Source: a virus | Taxonomy: Duplodnaviria; Caudoviricetes | IMG/VR virus record: IMGVR_UViG_3300023060_000001 | Location: 32,001-96,000 of that record | Direction: 5' to 3' (one strand) | Length of the DNA: 64,000 nt | Shown here: positions 1 through 9,056 of the stretch, in pieces | How positions within the stretch are numbered: the stretch's first letter is position 1 | Layout: each line of letters starts with the position of its first letter | The notes under the pieces: generated by a model | The model's database searches: none | What the model was told of the DNA's origin: nothing | The model's input: only the letters and a program-made list of their open reading frames with translations | Position numbers and translations under genes: made by a program

Positions 1-156
1 GTTGCATTTAGAACATATTTGTTTAATCATATTATCACTCTTTTCGGTATTGTATATATTAATTATACCAAATAACAGTGTTATTTACAAGAGAGTTCCA
101 CCGAATTCACACAATTTGTTCATGCCTATTACTAAGCAGCCAGACAATAATCGTCT
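1..156 (-). mobile_element. Group I intron in the tape measure gene (5' part), containing the start of an ORF (ATG at 30, MIKQICSKCN...)
   Basis: Exon end CCAGAU pairs with intron GUCUGG, giving P1 with a U.G splice-site pair. P-like element GAAUUCGGUGGAACUCUC resembles the other two introns. Internal TTGTAA..TATAAT precedes a CxxC-starting ORF. Confidence 0.75.
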
Positions 157-1250
157 ATCTGGATCAAGGCTTTCTGACTTCGCTTGATGCTTTCATCATC
201 TACCTTCAATGCTGTCCCGAACATACTCAACCCTGTGAATAAGTCCTCTTGTTCCGTTTGGGAAATTTTACCTTTTGATGCAAATTTAAACTTAACGAAA
301 GCGTCTGTAGTATCTTTTAAACTAAGACCCATTTCATCAACAATTCCATTTATGAACATCATATCCTTTGCAGCAGCTTCCGAACTACCACTTGCAGCAA
401 GCATAGAAGCCTCCATCCCCTGAAAACTCATGCCTACCCGCTTAATTGCACCCGTACCTTCAAAAATAGCGTACAAGCTTGCATAGCTGCGAATCATATT
501 CCTTGTTGAATCGGTTAGACCCTTTTGGGCAATGTTTGTTTTACGAAGCCCTTTTCTATAACGGGTCATATTCTGCCTAACATCGGTCATCTGGTAACGA
601 AGCTTTCTTAACCCTTCCAAGTCTTTCTTATCAACAAGTTGTTGTATTTCCCTTTCATACTTAACACCCTCTCCCATCTTACCTGCAAGTTTAAACCCTG
701 CTGTTCTCTGGATCATGTCTGCTTGAGATTGGACAGCTTTATTATGTTTCTTTAAGGCTTTTGCCCTTTTGTGCAGAGACTCTCGTAAAGAAGCTTCCTC
801 TTTCCTACGATCATCTTCCCTTTGCCTTTTTAAAGTAGCTCTACGTTTTTGCTTATCAACCCAACGTTTCCTTTCCATCTCGGATAATTTTTTGGATTGC
901 GTTGCTTCTTCCTTGAAACTCTTTTCAAAAACACTGGCACTCCCTTGGGCACTTTTATTAGCAAGTTTGTTGTTTGGTATAAGAGAATTAATCTTCTCTC
1001 TACGTTCCCATGCCTTACGAGCTTTCTCAGCTTGTATCTTACTATCCCTGCCATAAGTTGCCTCATCCTTAAGTTTCTTTGCCAGCATAGTTTTGTGCGC
1101 TTTGTTTTCCACTTTATTATTAGTGGATGTACGTTTAGCTTGTTTCTTACCTACACTTTCTAAAAACTTGTCTAAATCATTAGCACCCTTTTTAGCTTCC
1201 TTAGAATCAGTGAGAAACTTTATTACGAATTCTTCAATTATATTAGACAT
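157..1250 (-). CDS. Tail tape measure protein, exon 1 (interrupted by a group I intron; rest of gene lies outside the window)
   Basis: Follows the tail chaperones. Helical K/E/R-rich N-terminus, then a tape-measure domain (ASMLAASGSSEAAAKDMMFI...KRSQKALIQ). The reading frame runs into intron sequence after CAG AT at 157. Confidence 0.85.
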
Positions 1251-1309
1251 TCATACTAACACCTTTTGTTGAAAAGAGACCTTACCTAAATAAGATCCCT
1301 TTTTGTTAA

Positions 1310-1606
1310 TTATTCTTTTGGCTTGGAATCTTCATATTGCGCAATTTCATAATCTTGATTCATGAGCATCTCCTCTTCAAAATGGAAATACTCTTTTATA
1401 TCAGATTCGTGCATCAACTCCTTGAAACTTATTCCATAATTCTTCCATGTGTACTTGATAACCATATTTTGGTATAGTCTTTCTGGGTCTAAAGTGGATT
1501 CCTTTTCAACATGTTTATCTACTATTCCTCTGTAGATTGACCTGTTTGCATCACTTTCTTCAACACTCCTCCCCATGACTTGGTTATAACGTTTTCTGTA
1601 AAAAAA
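1310..1606 (-). CDS. Tail assembly chaperone C-terminal extension, reached by a -1 frameshift
   Basis: GAT TTT TTT ACA (T7 run at 1600-1606). The -1 frame opens right after a TAA and reads YRKRYNQVMGRSVEE... to the stop at 1310. Confidence 0.75.
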   Translation of the reverse strand, partial: FFYRKRYNQVMGRSVEESDANRSIYRGIVDKHVEKESTLDPERLYQNMVIKYTWKNYGISFKELMHESDIKEYFHFEEEMLMNQDYEIAQYEDSKPKE

Positions 1607-1986
1607 TCTTTAAAATTCTCCTCGAACAAGAAGAAGATGAATTCCATGAAAAGTGCTGGCTTGCCTCGGAAGTCTTTATCCAAATCTTCAAAGCTATTAA
1701 ATTGAACACCTTCATCATTTGTTGAACCCATCAACATTTTAGCAATCAGCTTATCAATTTCAGGCTTTTCCATATCCTCTGCAATAAGGCTCATGATATC
1801 TTTGAAAGTGTTCACTTTGTTAAATGTGGCATAATCTTCATCAACATTCTTACTATCTAAAACTTCACCCATGATTGGTGCAATTGTTTTCAACAGTACA
1901 CGACTACCTTTAAAACACTCCCATGTACTCAATACTGTTATTGTGTAAGTCTTATCTCCGATTGTTTTCTTTCTCGTTGGTAACAT
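1522..1986 (-). CDS. Tail assembly chaperone
   Basis: Sits between the tail tube and tape measure genes; has a slippery site near its 3' end. Confidence 0.8.
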   Translation of the reverse strand: MLPTRKKTIGDKTYTITVLSTWECFKGSRVLLKTIAPIMGEVLDSKNVDEDYATFNKVNTFKDIMSLIAEDMEKPEIDKLIAKMLMGSTNDEGVQFNSFEDLDKDFRGKPALFMEFIFFLFEENFKDFFTENVITKSWGGVLKKVMQTGQSTEE

Positions 1987-2025
1987 GATTATCTCTTCCT
2001 CATATTTTATTGTTTTACAAAAAGA

Positions 2026-2057
2026 AAAAGCACCTACCTATGTAGGTAAGTGCTTTT
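2026..2057 (-). terminator. Rho-independent terminator after the tail tube gene
   Basis: AAAAGCAC..TACCT / AGGTAAGTGCTTTT stem with a U-tract. Confidence 0.7.
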
Positions 2058-2071
2058 ATGTATATTACTTA

Positions 2072-2584
2072 TTAAGATGTTAAATCTTGTAAGTTTTGTG
2101 CTTGCTCTGAAATAAAGTCTACAAAGTTATTTGCATTTAACACTTCAGAAGCAGTTTCAGAAATACCTTCCGCTGCTGGTAAGTATTGAACATCATCAAC
2201 ATGGAACATGTGAGTACGAGTACCCGCTTCTGCTGCCAATGCTTGTGGTGCCATCTTACGTAAGTGTACATCTTTAAGGTTAACTAATTCACTGCCTGAG
2301 CGGTCTGTGATAGTGATATCAAAGAATAACAAATCATTTGTAGTTTTAGTTTTTAAATCTAGTGCTGCAACACACATGTTAAATTCTGAATTATGTTGCT
2401 GTAATTCAATTTCAAAAGTACCTGTGTTATCTGCAATAACCGTGTGAGCTGGCACACCATCTGCTGAAACGATTGTACTTGAGTTATCAGAATTACGATC
2501 TACTGTAATTGAAGTCCAACCAGATACATCTTGGAAACCAGCAACTACTATTTTAACGTCCTTTGGACTATAAGTTTTAGCCAT
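2072..2584 (-). CDS. Tail tube protein (DUF3277-like)
   Basis: MAKTYSPKDV N-terminus, size, and position after the sheath gene. Confidence 0.8.
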   Translation of the reverse strand: MAKTYSPKDVKIVVAGFQDVSGWTSITVDRNSDNSSTIVSADGVPAHTVIADNTGTFEIELQQHNSEFNMCVAALDLKTKTTNDLLFFDITITDRSGSELVNLKDVHLRKMAPQALAAEAGTRTHMFHVDDVQYLPAAEGISETASEVLNANNFVDFISEQAQNLQDLTS

Positions 2585-2595
2585 TGTTTTATTCC

Positions 2596-3972
2596 TTAAT
2601 TACCTAGTGTACCAGTGATTTCAATCATGTGGATAGCGCCGCGAAGGGTTCCTTTGAAACTCACTTGTTTAAATACGTTTGCAGCTTTATCAGCAGCGTT
2701 AATCTCAGATACACGAGGTATTGTGATAGAAGTATTTGGTAAGAGGAAGTTGTGGAAATCTTCTGACTCATATTGATTAAGTACTGTACGAACAGCACCA
2801 CGAACTTTGTTCAAGCTTGTTTCATCGAATGCAAGACGACCATTCTTCTGACGTATCATAAGCTCAGTGGTGGTTGCTTCTAAATCAACTTGAAGGTTAT
2901 CACGAGTAACAATATTCATTGTAAGCTCACCACTTGCCACTTTACCACCATAAGTGATAGAAGGGTTTGAGCTAAATGATGCACCGCTGATTTGTACCTT
3001 GTCGTAGAAGTTAACTTCATTACTCTTCATGTTAGACACTTGAGTTGCTGTTAAATTTCCGCCTGTTGCGTTAAGTGCTGCTGGAACACCTGAAACAATA
3101 CGAGCATGGTAAGTAACACGACCAGTTGTAAATGTAGCAATCTCTGCTAAAGCTGCAACTTCTGGGTAAGTGTCTTCTGCTAAGTGGTGATACTCTGGCA
3201 TAGTACGGAAGTATTGATTATCTTTGACAGTTTTAACACTACCAGATAATACTGCCGCATAAGCACCTTCTTCCGCTGTTGTATAACGGAATAGTTTGAA
3301 ACGAGATTCTACTTCAGCAGCTAACTCTTCAATAAAGGTTACACTCTTTTCTTCACTAGTTACATAGTACCATGAATCATCTTCAATTGCAATACCTGCC
3401 AACATCTCTGCTGCAGACTCTTCAACAGCACCCGCAGAAGTAGATAAATTTAGAAGATTGGTCACTGTGAACCAACCATCACCTACTTTATGAGAAAGAG
3501 TTAATATTGCGTCATTCCCAGTACCTGTTACAGTAGCTGTGATTTTTGCATTAAGGTCTGTATTGCCTGTGATAGCAGTAACCACTTGGTCAAGGATATC
3601 TTGCTTAGTTTCACCAGCACCTGCTGTAACACTGATTTCTAATGCAGCAAGAGAACCTAGTGCATTAACTGTTACATTGTATTCTAAACCGTCTACAACG
3701 TCCTCTGTTACGTTTAAAACAGTGGAAGCATTAACACGACCAACTTTAATTGATTGTGGACGAGGTGTCTGTGAGAAGCCGCCACGTAAAGCTTTATAAG
3801 CTGCATCATCTGCTGAAAAACCATCTTCAAGCAAAGCATCTGCATCAGTGTAAGTACGAATACGTTCAGGCCATAAATTGTGTTTTGCCGCAAACATAAT
3901 ACCTTGGAAACCTTGACGACCTACTGTTGCCGTTTCCAAAGAAATATTCGCAATGGCTAATTGTACACTCAT
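2596..3972 (-). CDS. Contractile tail sheath protein (DUF3383-like)
   Basis: FSQTPRPQSIKVGR and C-terminal FKGTLRGAIHMIEITG motifs. Confidence 0.9.
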   Translation of the reverse strand: MSVQLAIANISLETATVGRQGFQGIMFAAKHNLWPERIRTYTDADALLEDGFSADDAAYKALRGGFSQTPRPQSIKVGRVNASTVLNVTEDVVDGLEYNVTVNALGSLAALEISVTAGAGETKQDILDQVVTAITGNTDLNAKITATVTGTGNDAILTLSHKVGDGWFTVTNLLNLSTSAGAVEESAAEMLAGIAIEDDSWYYVTSEEKSVTFIEELAAEVESRFKLFRYTTAEEGAYAAVLSGSVKTVKDNQYFRTMPEYHHLAEDTYPEVAALAEIATFTTGRVTYHARIVSGVPAALNATGGNLTATQVSNMKSNEVNFYDKVQISGASFSSNPSITYGGKVASGELTMNIVTRDNLQVDLEATTTELMIRQKNGRLAFDETSLNKVRGAVRTVLNQYESEDFHNFLLPNTSITIPRVSEINAADKAANVFKQVSFKGTLRGAIHMIEITGTLGN

Positions 3973-3987
3973 TGATTATTCCTTAGT

Positions 3988-4731
3988 TTAATTGTTATTT
4001 GTTGTTCTAAAGGTTACAGCCATAGGAGCAGGGTCATCTTCATAATGATCCAATTCTCCGCCTTCTGAGGCTTCTTGCGAGGGTAGTCCACTGTCAGGTG
4101 GAACAGGAGGTAAAATATTCAAATCACTGTCAACCACTATTTGGTCAAAGTAACCTAAAACATCCGTTGATAGGGTATACTCATCTACTACAGATAAGAA
4201 TATATCAAAAGAACGCATTTCTATATAAGTGTCTTGGTAAACTATGTTAGAGGGAACTACATCAGATTTATTTCTAACTGAAACACCCTGTCCGTAGAAT
4301 TTCTCCAATAACACCCTAAAGTTTTCAACTTCCCAACTCATATGCATTCTGTTAGCAATACTATCTGCTGAATTCTTTCTGTTACCATAAAATTTAATAT
4401 TCATGGAAACTATTTTATTCGTTTGGTAAACTTGTTCATTATCTCTTAAAAAGATATTGACTACTTCCGAGACATCATCTACTATTCTATTATGCGTTAC
4501 ACTACAATAAGGATAGTCTGGTATGTTAGGTTTACGATGTGATCCGTCTTTCTCAAAGTTTCTTTCCAATACAACAGCGGGAATATTCCCATTACCGTCA
4601 TCTGGTACATCTGCAAGAGAACCTTCTATTGTAGCAAGCATATCCCCTACTGAAAGAGAAACTACTTTGGCAACAGACTTTTCTAATCTATCTATATCAA
4701 TCAACTTTATCTCTCCTGTAGAATAGGCCAA
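3988..4731 (-). CDS. Tail terminator/neck protein
   Basis: Synteny upstream of the sheath gene; PDYPYCSV motif. Confidence 0.6.
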   Translation of the reverse strand: MAYSTGEIKLIDIDRLEKSVAKVVSLSVGDMLATIEGSLADVPDDGNGNIPAVVLERNFEKDGSHRKPNIPDYPYCSVTHNRIVDDVSEVVNIFLRDNEQVYQTNKIVSMNIKFYGNRKNSADSIANRMHMSWEVENFRVLLEKFYGQGVSVRNKSDVVPSNIVYQDTYIEMRSFDIFLSVVDEYTLSTDVLGYFDQIVVDSDLNILPPVPPDSGLPSQEASEGGELDHYEDDPAPMAVTFRTTNNN

Positions 4732-5077
4732 GATAATGATTAGGGATTAAACTCACACCACCTGTAGAATGTCCTGTCCAATTGGCAACATCTAAACAGT
4801 AGAATGTACGTCCTTCGTAAACAATCTCATCTGCCATCCATTCTTCTAATTCGTCATTGGCACGTAGTTCAGAAGGGGTTCTTATTTCAATAGCGTAAAC
4901 ACTTCTAAAACCATCGGGTAGTTTTAAATTGTTCTTACCATCACGATAAGGTTGAATATTACATTCGATATCGACTGTGTAATCTTCGGAAGGAACTACT
5001 TCAAAATCTACGTATTGTGTACCACCATCATTCCTACTAATAGTTTCCACTCTGTTAAATAAAGATATTGTACTCAT
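4697..5077 (-). CDS. Head closure/head-tail joining protein
   Basis: CNIQP...LPDG...ADEIVYEG pattern and synteny. Confidence 0.65.
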   Translation of the reverse strand: MSTISLFNRVETISRNDGGTQYVDFEVVPSEDYTVDIECNIQPYRDGKNNLKLPDGFRSVYAIEIRTPSELRANDELEEWMADEIVYEGRTFYCLDVANWTGHSTGGVSLIPNHYLGLFYRRDKVD

Positions 5078-5571
5078 AAGTATTTTATCTCCATTGCCAT
5101 CGAGGTTTTGTAACCAAAGTGATCCATTAGTTCACCTTCGTCTATTAGTGGGGTGGGGTTCTTTGTGACTTTTAAATAAGCTGAGTTTCCGAATATCCCT
5201 TTTCCATCTTGCATGTACTTCCTGCCGATATCATTCAATGCGTTATTAATACTGTAAGTAGTTTTAACATTGAGATAATTTTTGAATATATTGCAGAAGA
5301 ATTTAGTTTGGTTTAAACTACCACCAACAACAGGTTTAATCGGAGCAAAAACATCCCTTTTAGGGAAGCTCACGTTTAAAGCATCAGCATTAGCGTGAAT
5401 GAATGCAAGGTTGGCAAATGTCATATTGTTCCTATCATCCCATGCACCAAATCCTGTTGCATTAGAAGGGTAACCTACATCGACACGTTTATTATCAAGT
5501 TCTTGAATCTTCTTCTTTAACTTCTTCCAAACTTGATTGTTCTTGTTCTTTCTTATTATTTTTGCTTGCAC
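5074..5571 (-). CDS. Tail completion/neck protein
   Basis: VDVGY, LAFIH and PTPLIDEGEL motifs. GTG start at 5571 has a GGAGG RBS, so the gene is shorter than the track ORF. Confidence 0.65.
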   Translation of the reverse strand: MQAKIIRKNKNNQVWKKLKKKIQELDNKRVDVGYPSNATGFGAWDDRNNMTFANLAFIHANADALNVSFPKRDVFAPIKPVVGGSLNQTKFFCNIFKNYLNVKTTYSINNALNDIGRKYMQDGKGIFGNSAYLKVTKNPTPLIDEGELMDHFGYKTSMAMEIKYL

Positions 5572-5662
5572 GAGATTTCCTCCGTGGAGCTTTCTTTTCA
5601 GGAAGAATAACTTCCTCTTTTGTTCCATCTGGAAACACTTTAGTAACTTTCAAAGTTGCCAT
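5495..5662 (-). CDS. Small hypothetical protein (MATLKVTKV..., 55 aa)
   Basis: AAGGAG RBS and an upstream TTGACA..TATAAT promoter. Confidence 0.55.
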   Translation of the reverse strand: MATLKVTKVFPDGTKEEVILPEKKAPRRKSRASKNNKKEQEQSSLEEVKEEDSRT

Positions 5663-5739
5663 TAATGTTCTCCTTTCTATTACACTAATTATATAGGTAA
5701 TCCAACAATTTGTCAAATTACCTATTGTAAAGTGGAGTT

Positions 5740-6288
5740 TTATAGATCGTAATACTTTTTGTTCTTTCGTCTATTTGAAAAACAACTGTAAGGTGATTTC
5801 CTATACTCTGTTTCAACGTCATACCCATTGCGAGAATCAGGGTTATCTTTTACCCTTTTGTATTCTGATTGCGATACGCCACCAAATAAAGCATAACCAA
5901 GATCACTTTTTGCAAGGTAAGCCAATGCCTCACAAACTAATGTTGGATCGGTGTTAAACTTTTCAAGAAGGTTCTCCCACCCAGAAGATTCCCCAGAAGC
6001 AGAACTTGTATATTCTACCTGAATTTCTACATCGCCCACCTTTTCACGTTTTTTGGATATTAGTCCAGATCCGCTTCCATTGGTGGCTTGCTCCTTGTTA
6101 ACCAACCATTGCAAAGTAGATAAAATACTTTCATACGTTACTATGCAAAAGTCTTCATCTTCCAACGAGTGGTTATCTACACTTCGCTGAATAAACCTAT
6201 TCAAATTATCATCAGATATTGCAGAAGTGGATAAATCCCCTAAGAGGAATCGCACTTCACTGTTAACATCTGCTATTGTAAATGCCAT
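5740..6288 (-). CDS. Head-tail adaptor protein
   Basis: VRFLLGD and REKVGDVEIQVEY motifs typical of adaptors. Confidence 0.7.
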   Translation of the reverse strand: MAFTIADVNSEVRFLLGDLSTSAISDDNLNRFIQRSVDNHSLEDEDFCIVTYESILSTLQWLVNKEQATNGSGSGLISKKREKVGDVEIQVEYTSSASGESSGWENLLEKFNTDPTLVCEALAYLAKSDLGYALFGGVSQSEYKRVKDNPDSRNGYDVETEYRKSPYSCFSNRRKNKKYYDL

Positions 6289-6301
6289 CTATTTCTCCTA
6301 A

Positions 6302-6847
6302 TTAAATTTCAGCAGCATGTATTCTTGAGATGGTGATCACTATGTCGTAAATAGATGTTGTACCACTGATAGATTCTAGGCTAAAAGTACCACCGTTTGC
6401 TATAAAAGTACCTAATGTGTAAACAAGGTTAGTATTGGAAATTTCCCTAGCATTAGTAGATCCTGTACCTCTTGGGAAAGTGATAGTTCTTGAGAACACA
6501 GCCCCAATTGTACCCCCGATATCTAAGATTATTTCCGCAACACCATTTTGGTTATCGGTGAATGCTGTAAAATCTATCCTAACAACGTAGGCATCACCTT
6601 CATTATCTGGGGTTATTTTATTATTAACCTCATCCCAAAAGGAAGTGACACCATCTGGAAGGTGGGTTGTAATTGTAGAAGCTGAATCCACGGTTATAGT
6701 AGATGTGAGACCTTGACTAATAATTAAAGGATTACCGCTTGTATACGTACCGTCTATGTAACTTGCCCAACCAGTGAGACCTTTTGCTGCTGTTTTAGCT
6801 TCTGCGGTGGTTATACCATCACCAGAAGGTTTAAATACTAAACTCAT
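6302..6847 (-). CDS. Putative virion structural/decoration protein
   Basis: T/G/S-rich, beta-rich; lies in the head operon. Confidence 0.45.
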   Translation of the reverse strand: MSLVFKPSGDGITTAEAKTAAKGLTGWASYIDGTYTSGNPLIISQGLTSTITVDSASTITTHLPDGVTSFWDEVNNKITPDNEGDAYVVRIDFTAFTDNQNGVAEIILDIGGTIGAVFSRTITFPRGTGSTNAREISNTNLVYTLGTFIANGGTFSLESISGTTSIYDIVITISRIHAAEI

Positions 6848-6869
6848 AATATTACCTTGTTATATAGTG

Positions 6870-7157
6870 TTATAAAACTTCTACTGAAATTTTAGAAGTG
6901 GAACCTTCTTTTAGGCAACGTAACCATACTTCTTCTGAACCAGCAGATATTTTTATAACGCCTGATTCTGTTCGTAAGTCGTATAACACTCTACCATTGG
7001 TATCATCGTTATCAGGTTGGGTATCTTGGTTCTTTAGTAGAACAGGATAAATACCTTTCACCTGAAGTTCCATTGCTGTACCAACAGCAACCCCTGTAAG
7101 CACACTAAGCGCTTGAAATTGATCACTTGTTGCAATTATATCATTTAATGTTGCCAT
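6870..7157 (-). CDS. Putative virion protein, paralogous to the N-terminal domain of 7197..8039
   Basis: Shared GVxVGTAxELQ...NGRV...AGSEEVWLR. Confidence 0.5.
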   Translation of the reverse strand: MATLNDIIATSDQFQALSVLTGVAVGTAMELQVKGIYPVLLKNQDTQPDNDDTNGRVLYDLRTESGVIKISAGSEEVWLRCLKEGSTSKISVEVL

Positions 7158-7196
7158 TAATTTATCCTTTTATTATAGTTATTCTTTTTGGTGGTA

Positions 7197-8039
7197 TTAA
7201 ACTTCTTCCCATTCATCACCCGTGTAGCCAATCATAGTTGCTGATACATTCCCTACTGTTGGTAATTGCGTTGCTCCTTGAGCTTTGTTTGTTAGTGGGA
7301 TGGAGTGGGTTAGAATGCCGTTAACCTCTATGGATATACTTCCAATATAGCCATCTAGGTATAAAGATTCAATCCTAGCCCCCAAGGTTGTTAAGTTTAC
7401 AGAACCTAAACCCCCAACTGTTTTTGTATTCATGTTTTCAGTGCTGACTTCACTTATAGATAATTGACCACCTGAAAACTCTATTAGTAACTCAACATCT
7501 CTGCCAACAACAGGTAACTGTGTGGGTACAAAAACCCCATCTTCAGGCTCAAAAACAGCCTTACCATCCCCTCTTACAAATATAAATGGTCTAGTTGTCG
7601 AGCTTGCAGCAATCATTGAGCTGTCAGTTTCGACGTAAAATGATGTTCGTATTTTAAAATCTGTATTTGCAGGTATTGTAATCCCATCCCCACTCAACTG
7701 CCAATACTGGTCCGTGCCATTAAGCCTAGCCACATAATTAACTTCTTCGACAGCAGGATAAACTCCCACCTTCCCTTCACTTTCAAAATTATCAGTATTC
7801 AACCTAAGCCACACTTCTTCGCTACCTGCTCTCACTTGATAAATGGAAGATGCATTTTTAACACTCTTCATCACCCTACCATTATCATCTGTTGCAGAAG
7901 GTTTACCCTCTTTCCTCTGCACTATTACAGCAGAAGCACACTTAGTTTGAAGCTCAAGTGCTGTACCTACAGGAACACCTGCTACCTCATTCACAGAAAC
8001 AAAATCTTCCCCTGTTACTGTTATATCCGTAGGGGTCAT
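7197..8039 (-). CDS. Putative head decoration/fibre protein with a lectin-like C-terminal domain
   Basis: Shared N-terminal domain plus a beta-rich C-terminal domain (LNGTDQY...LGAR...LDGYI, LamG-like pattern). Confidence 0.45.
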   Translation of the reverse strand: MTPTDITVTGEDFVSVNEVAGVPVGTALELQTKCASAVIVQRKEGKPSATDDNGRVMKSVKNASSIYQVRAGSEEVWLRLNTDNFESEGKVGVYPAVEEVNYVARLNGTDQYWQLSGDGITIPANTDFKIRTSFYVETDSSMIAASSTTRPFIFVRGDGKAVFEPEDGVFVPTQLPVVGRDVELLIEFSGGQLSISEVSTENMNTKTVGGLGSVNLTTLGARIESLYLDGYIGSISIEVNGILTHSIPLTNKAQGATQLPTVGNVSATMIGYTGDEWEEV

Positions 8040-8067
8040 AAATAACTCCTTATAAAATTCTTTATTG

Positions 8068-8097
8068 TTGACACCAAGGTCATTTTATTGTTAAAAT
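8068..8097 (+). promoter_or_regulatory. Sigma70-type promoter for the counter-oriented ORF at 8124
   Basis: TTGACA-N18-TAAAAT with extended -10 TG. Confidence 0.65.
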
Positions 8098-8123
8098 ACC
8101 CTTTTTAAAATTAAGGAGTATTT

Positions 8124-8471
8124 ATGCGATTTGATATTGATAATTGTGGATTCACTTTCGACAAGACTATTCAAGTATCTAAAGGAGAGAAAACTTTCCC
8201 ATTTGTTACTTTAATGAAAGTGGACGATGTTTGCTTTATAGTTAACCATTCTAAACAGAAATTACCTTTTAAAAAGGAACTACTATCTGATAGTGGATAT
8301 AATCCTGAAAGAGGGTATTCTTGGCAATACACACCTTCAAACGATTATAATATTATCAGCGAAGGTATCACCCGTTTACAATGTAACCCTTGTTCAGGAA
8401 TTATAAGCTTTAGCTATTTGCTAGGTTATTGTGAGGCAAAGGGTGTCGATTTAACAGATTACTTAGATTAA
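8124..8471 (+). CDS. Hypothetical protein, inserted against the late operon
   Basis: AAGGAG RBS, own promoter and terminator. Confidence 0.7.
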   Translation: MRFDIDNCGFTFDKTIQVSKGEKTFPFVTLMKVDDVCFIVNHSKQKLPFKKELLSDSGYNPERGYSWQYTPSNDYNIISEGITRLQCNPCSGIISFSYLLGYCEAKGVDLTDYLD

Positions 8472-8477
8472 AAACAA

Positions 8478-8515
8478 AAAGACCGCCTAAGAGAGAATGT
8501 CCCTTGGCGGTCTTT
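8478..8515. terminator. Bidirectional terminator
   Basis: AAAGACCGCC/GGCGGTCTTT stem between convergent genes. Confidence 0.75.
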
Positions 8516-8537
8516 AAACTCTTAACTTTTAATTATA

Positions 8538-9056
8538 TTAAGCTGAGTATTCATCTTTAAACTTTTTCTTCATGTTATCAAGTTTAGCATTTTTAGCTAA
8601 TGTCACTTTGAAAGATTCAGCATAATCTGCTAATTCATCTTTACTTTTCATAGCATCAACTTTTTCCCAATCAGGAGTATCCACTTCTAAAGTGATTAAC
8701 TCTTCTGATGGCTCATCTAGTTCAACAATGTCATCTTCTACAACAGTTTCTTTTTCTGAAACAGTGTTTTTGAAGAATAACATGATTGCAACTTGACCTT
8801 TGATACGAGAAGCCACTTCATCAAGTTGTACTTCTTCTGGTAAAAAGGTGTTTAACTTTTCACACATGATTCGCATATTAGGGCAATGGTAGAAATCTTT
8901 TCCTACAAAGAATGAGAATCGTGAGCTAGTGATACTCTTGTTGAAATCTAAATCTTCGATGTAAAATTGTAACCATTTGTAGAAAAGTTTCTTTGATTTA
9001 AAAAGTTTGTATTGTTCTTTCATTTTGTTTCCTCTCTGGGGATAGTTGTAAGTCAC
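8538..9056 (-). CDS. Hypothetical protein with a C-terminal small helical (HeH/LEM-like) motif
   Basis: SKDELADYAESFKVTL motif; lies downstream of the capsid gene. Confidence 0.55.
   Translation of the reverse strand: MTYNYPQRGNKMKEQYKLFKSKKLFYKWLQFYIEDLDFNKSITSSRFSFFVGKDFYHCPNMRIMCEKLNTFLPEEVQLDEVASRIKGQVAIMLFFKNTVSEKETVVEDDIVELDEPSEELITLEVDTPDWEKVDAMKSKDELADYAESFKVTLAKNAKLDNMKKKFKDEYSA

Noticed and set aside
2-1163. Plus-strand ORFs 2..187, 184..423, 769..1056, 897..1163 and similar short antisense ORFs across the window
   Set aside because: They are shadows of well-supported genes on the other strand and lack RBSs or motifs.
132-1250. A complete 372-aa tape measure protein
   Set aside because: The C-terminal IDDYCLAA and the stop are intron-derived.
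5572-5716. Longer ORF-track starts at 5628 and 5716
   Set aside because: RBS-supported starts are GTG 5571 and ATG 5662. The 5716 start lies within the promoter region.
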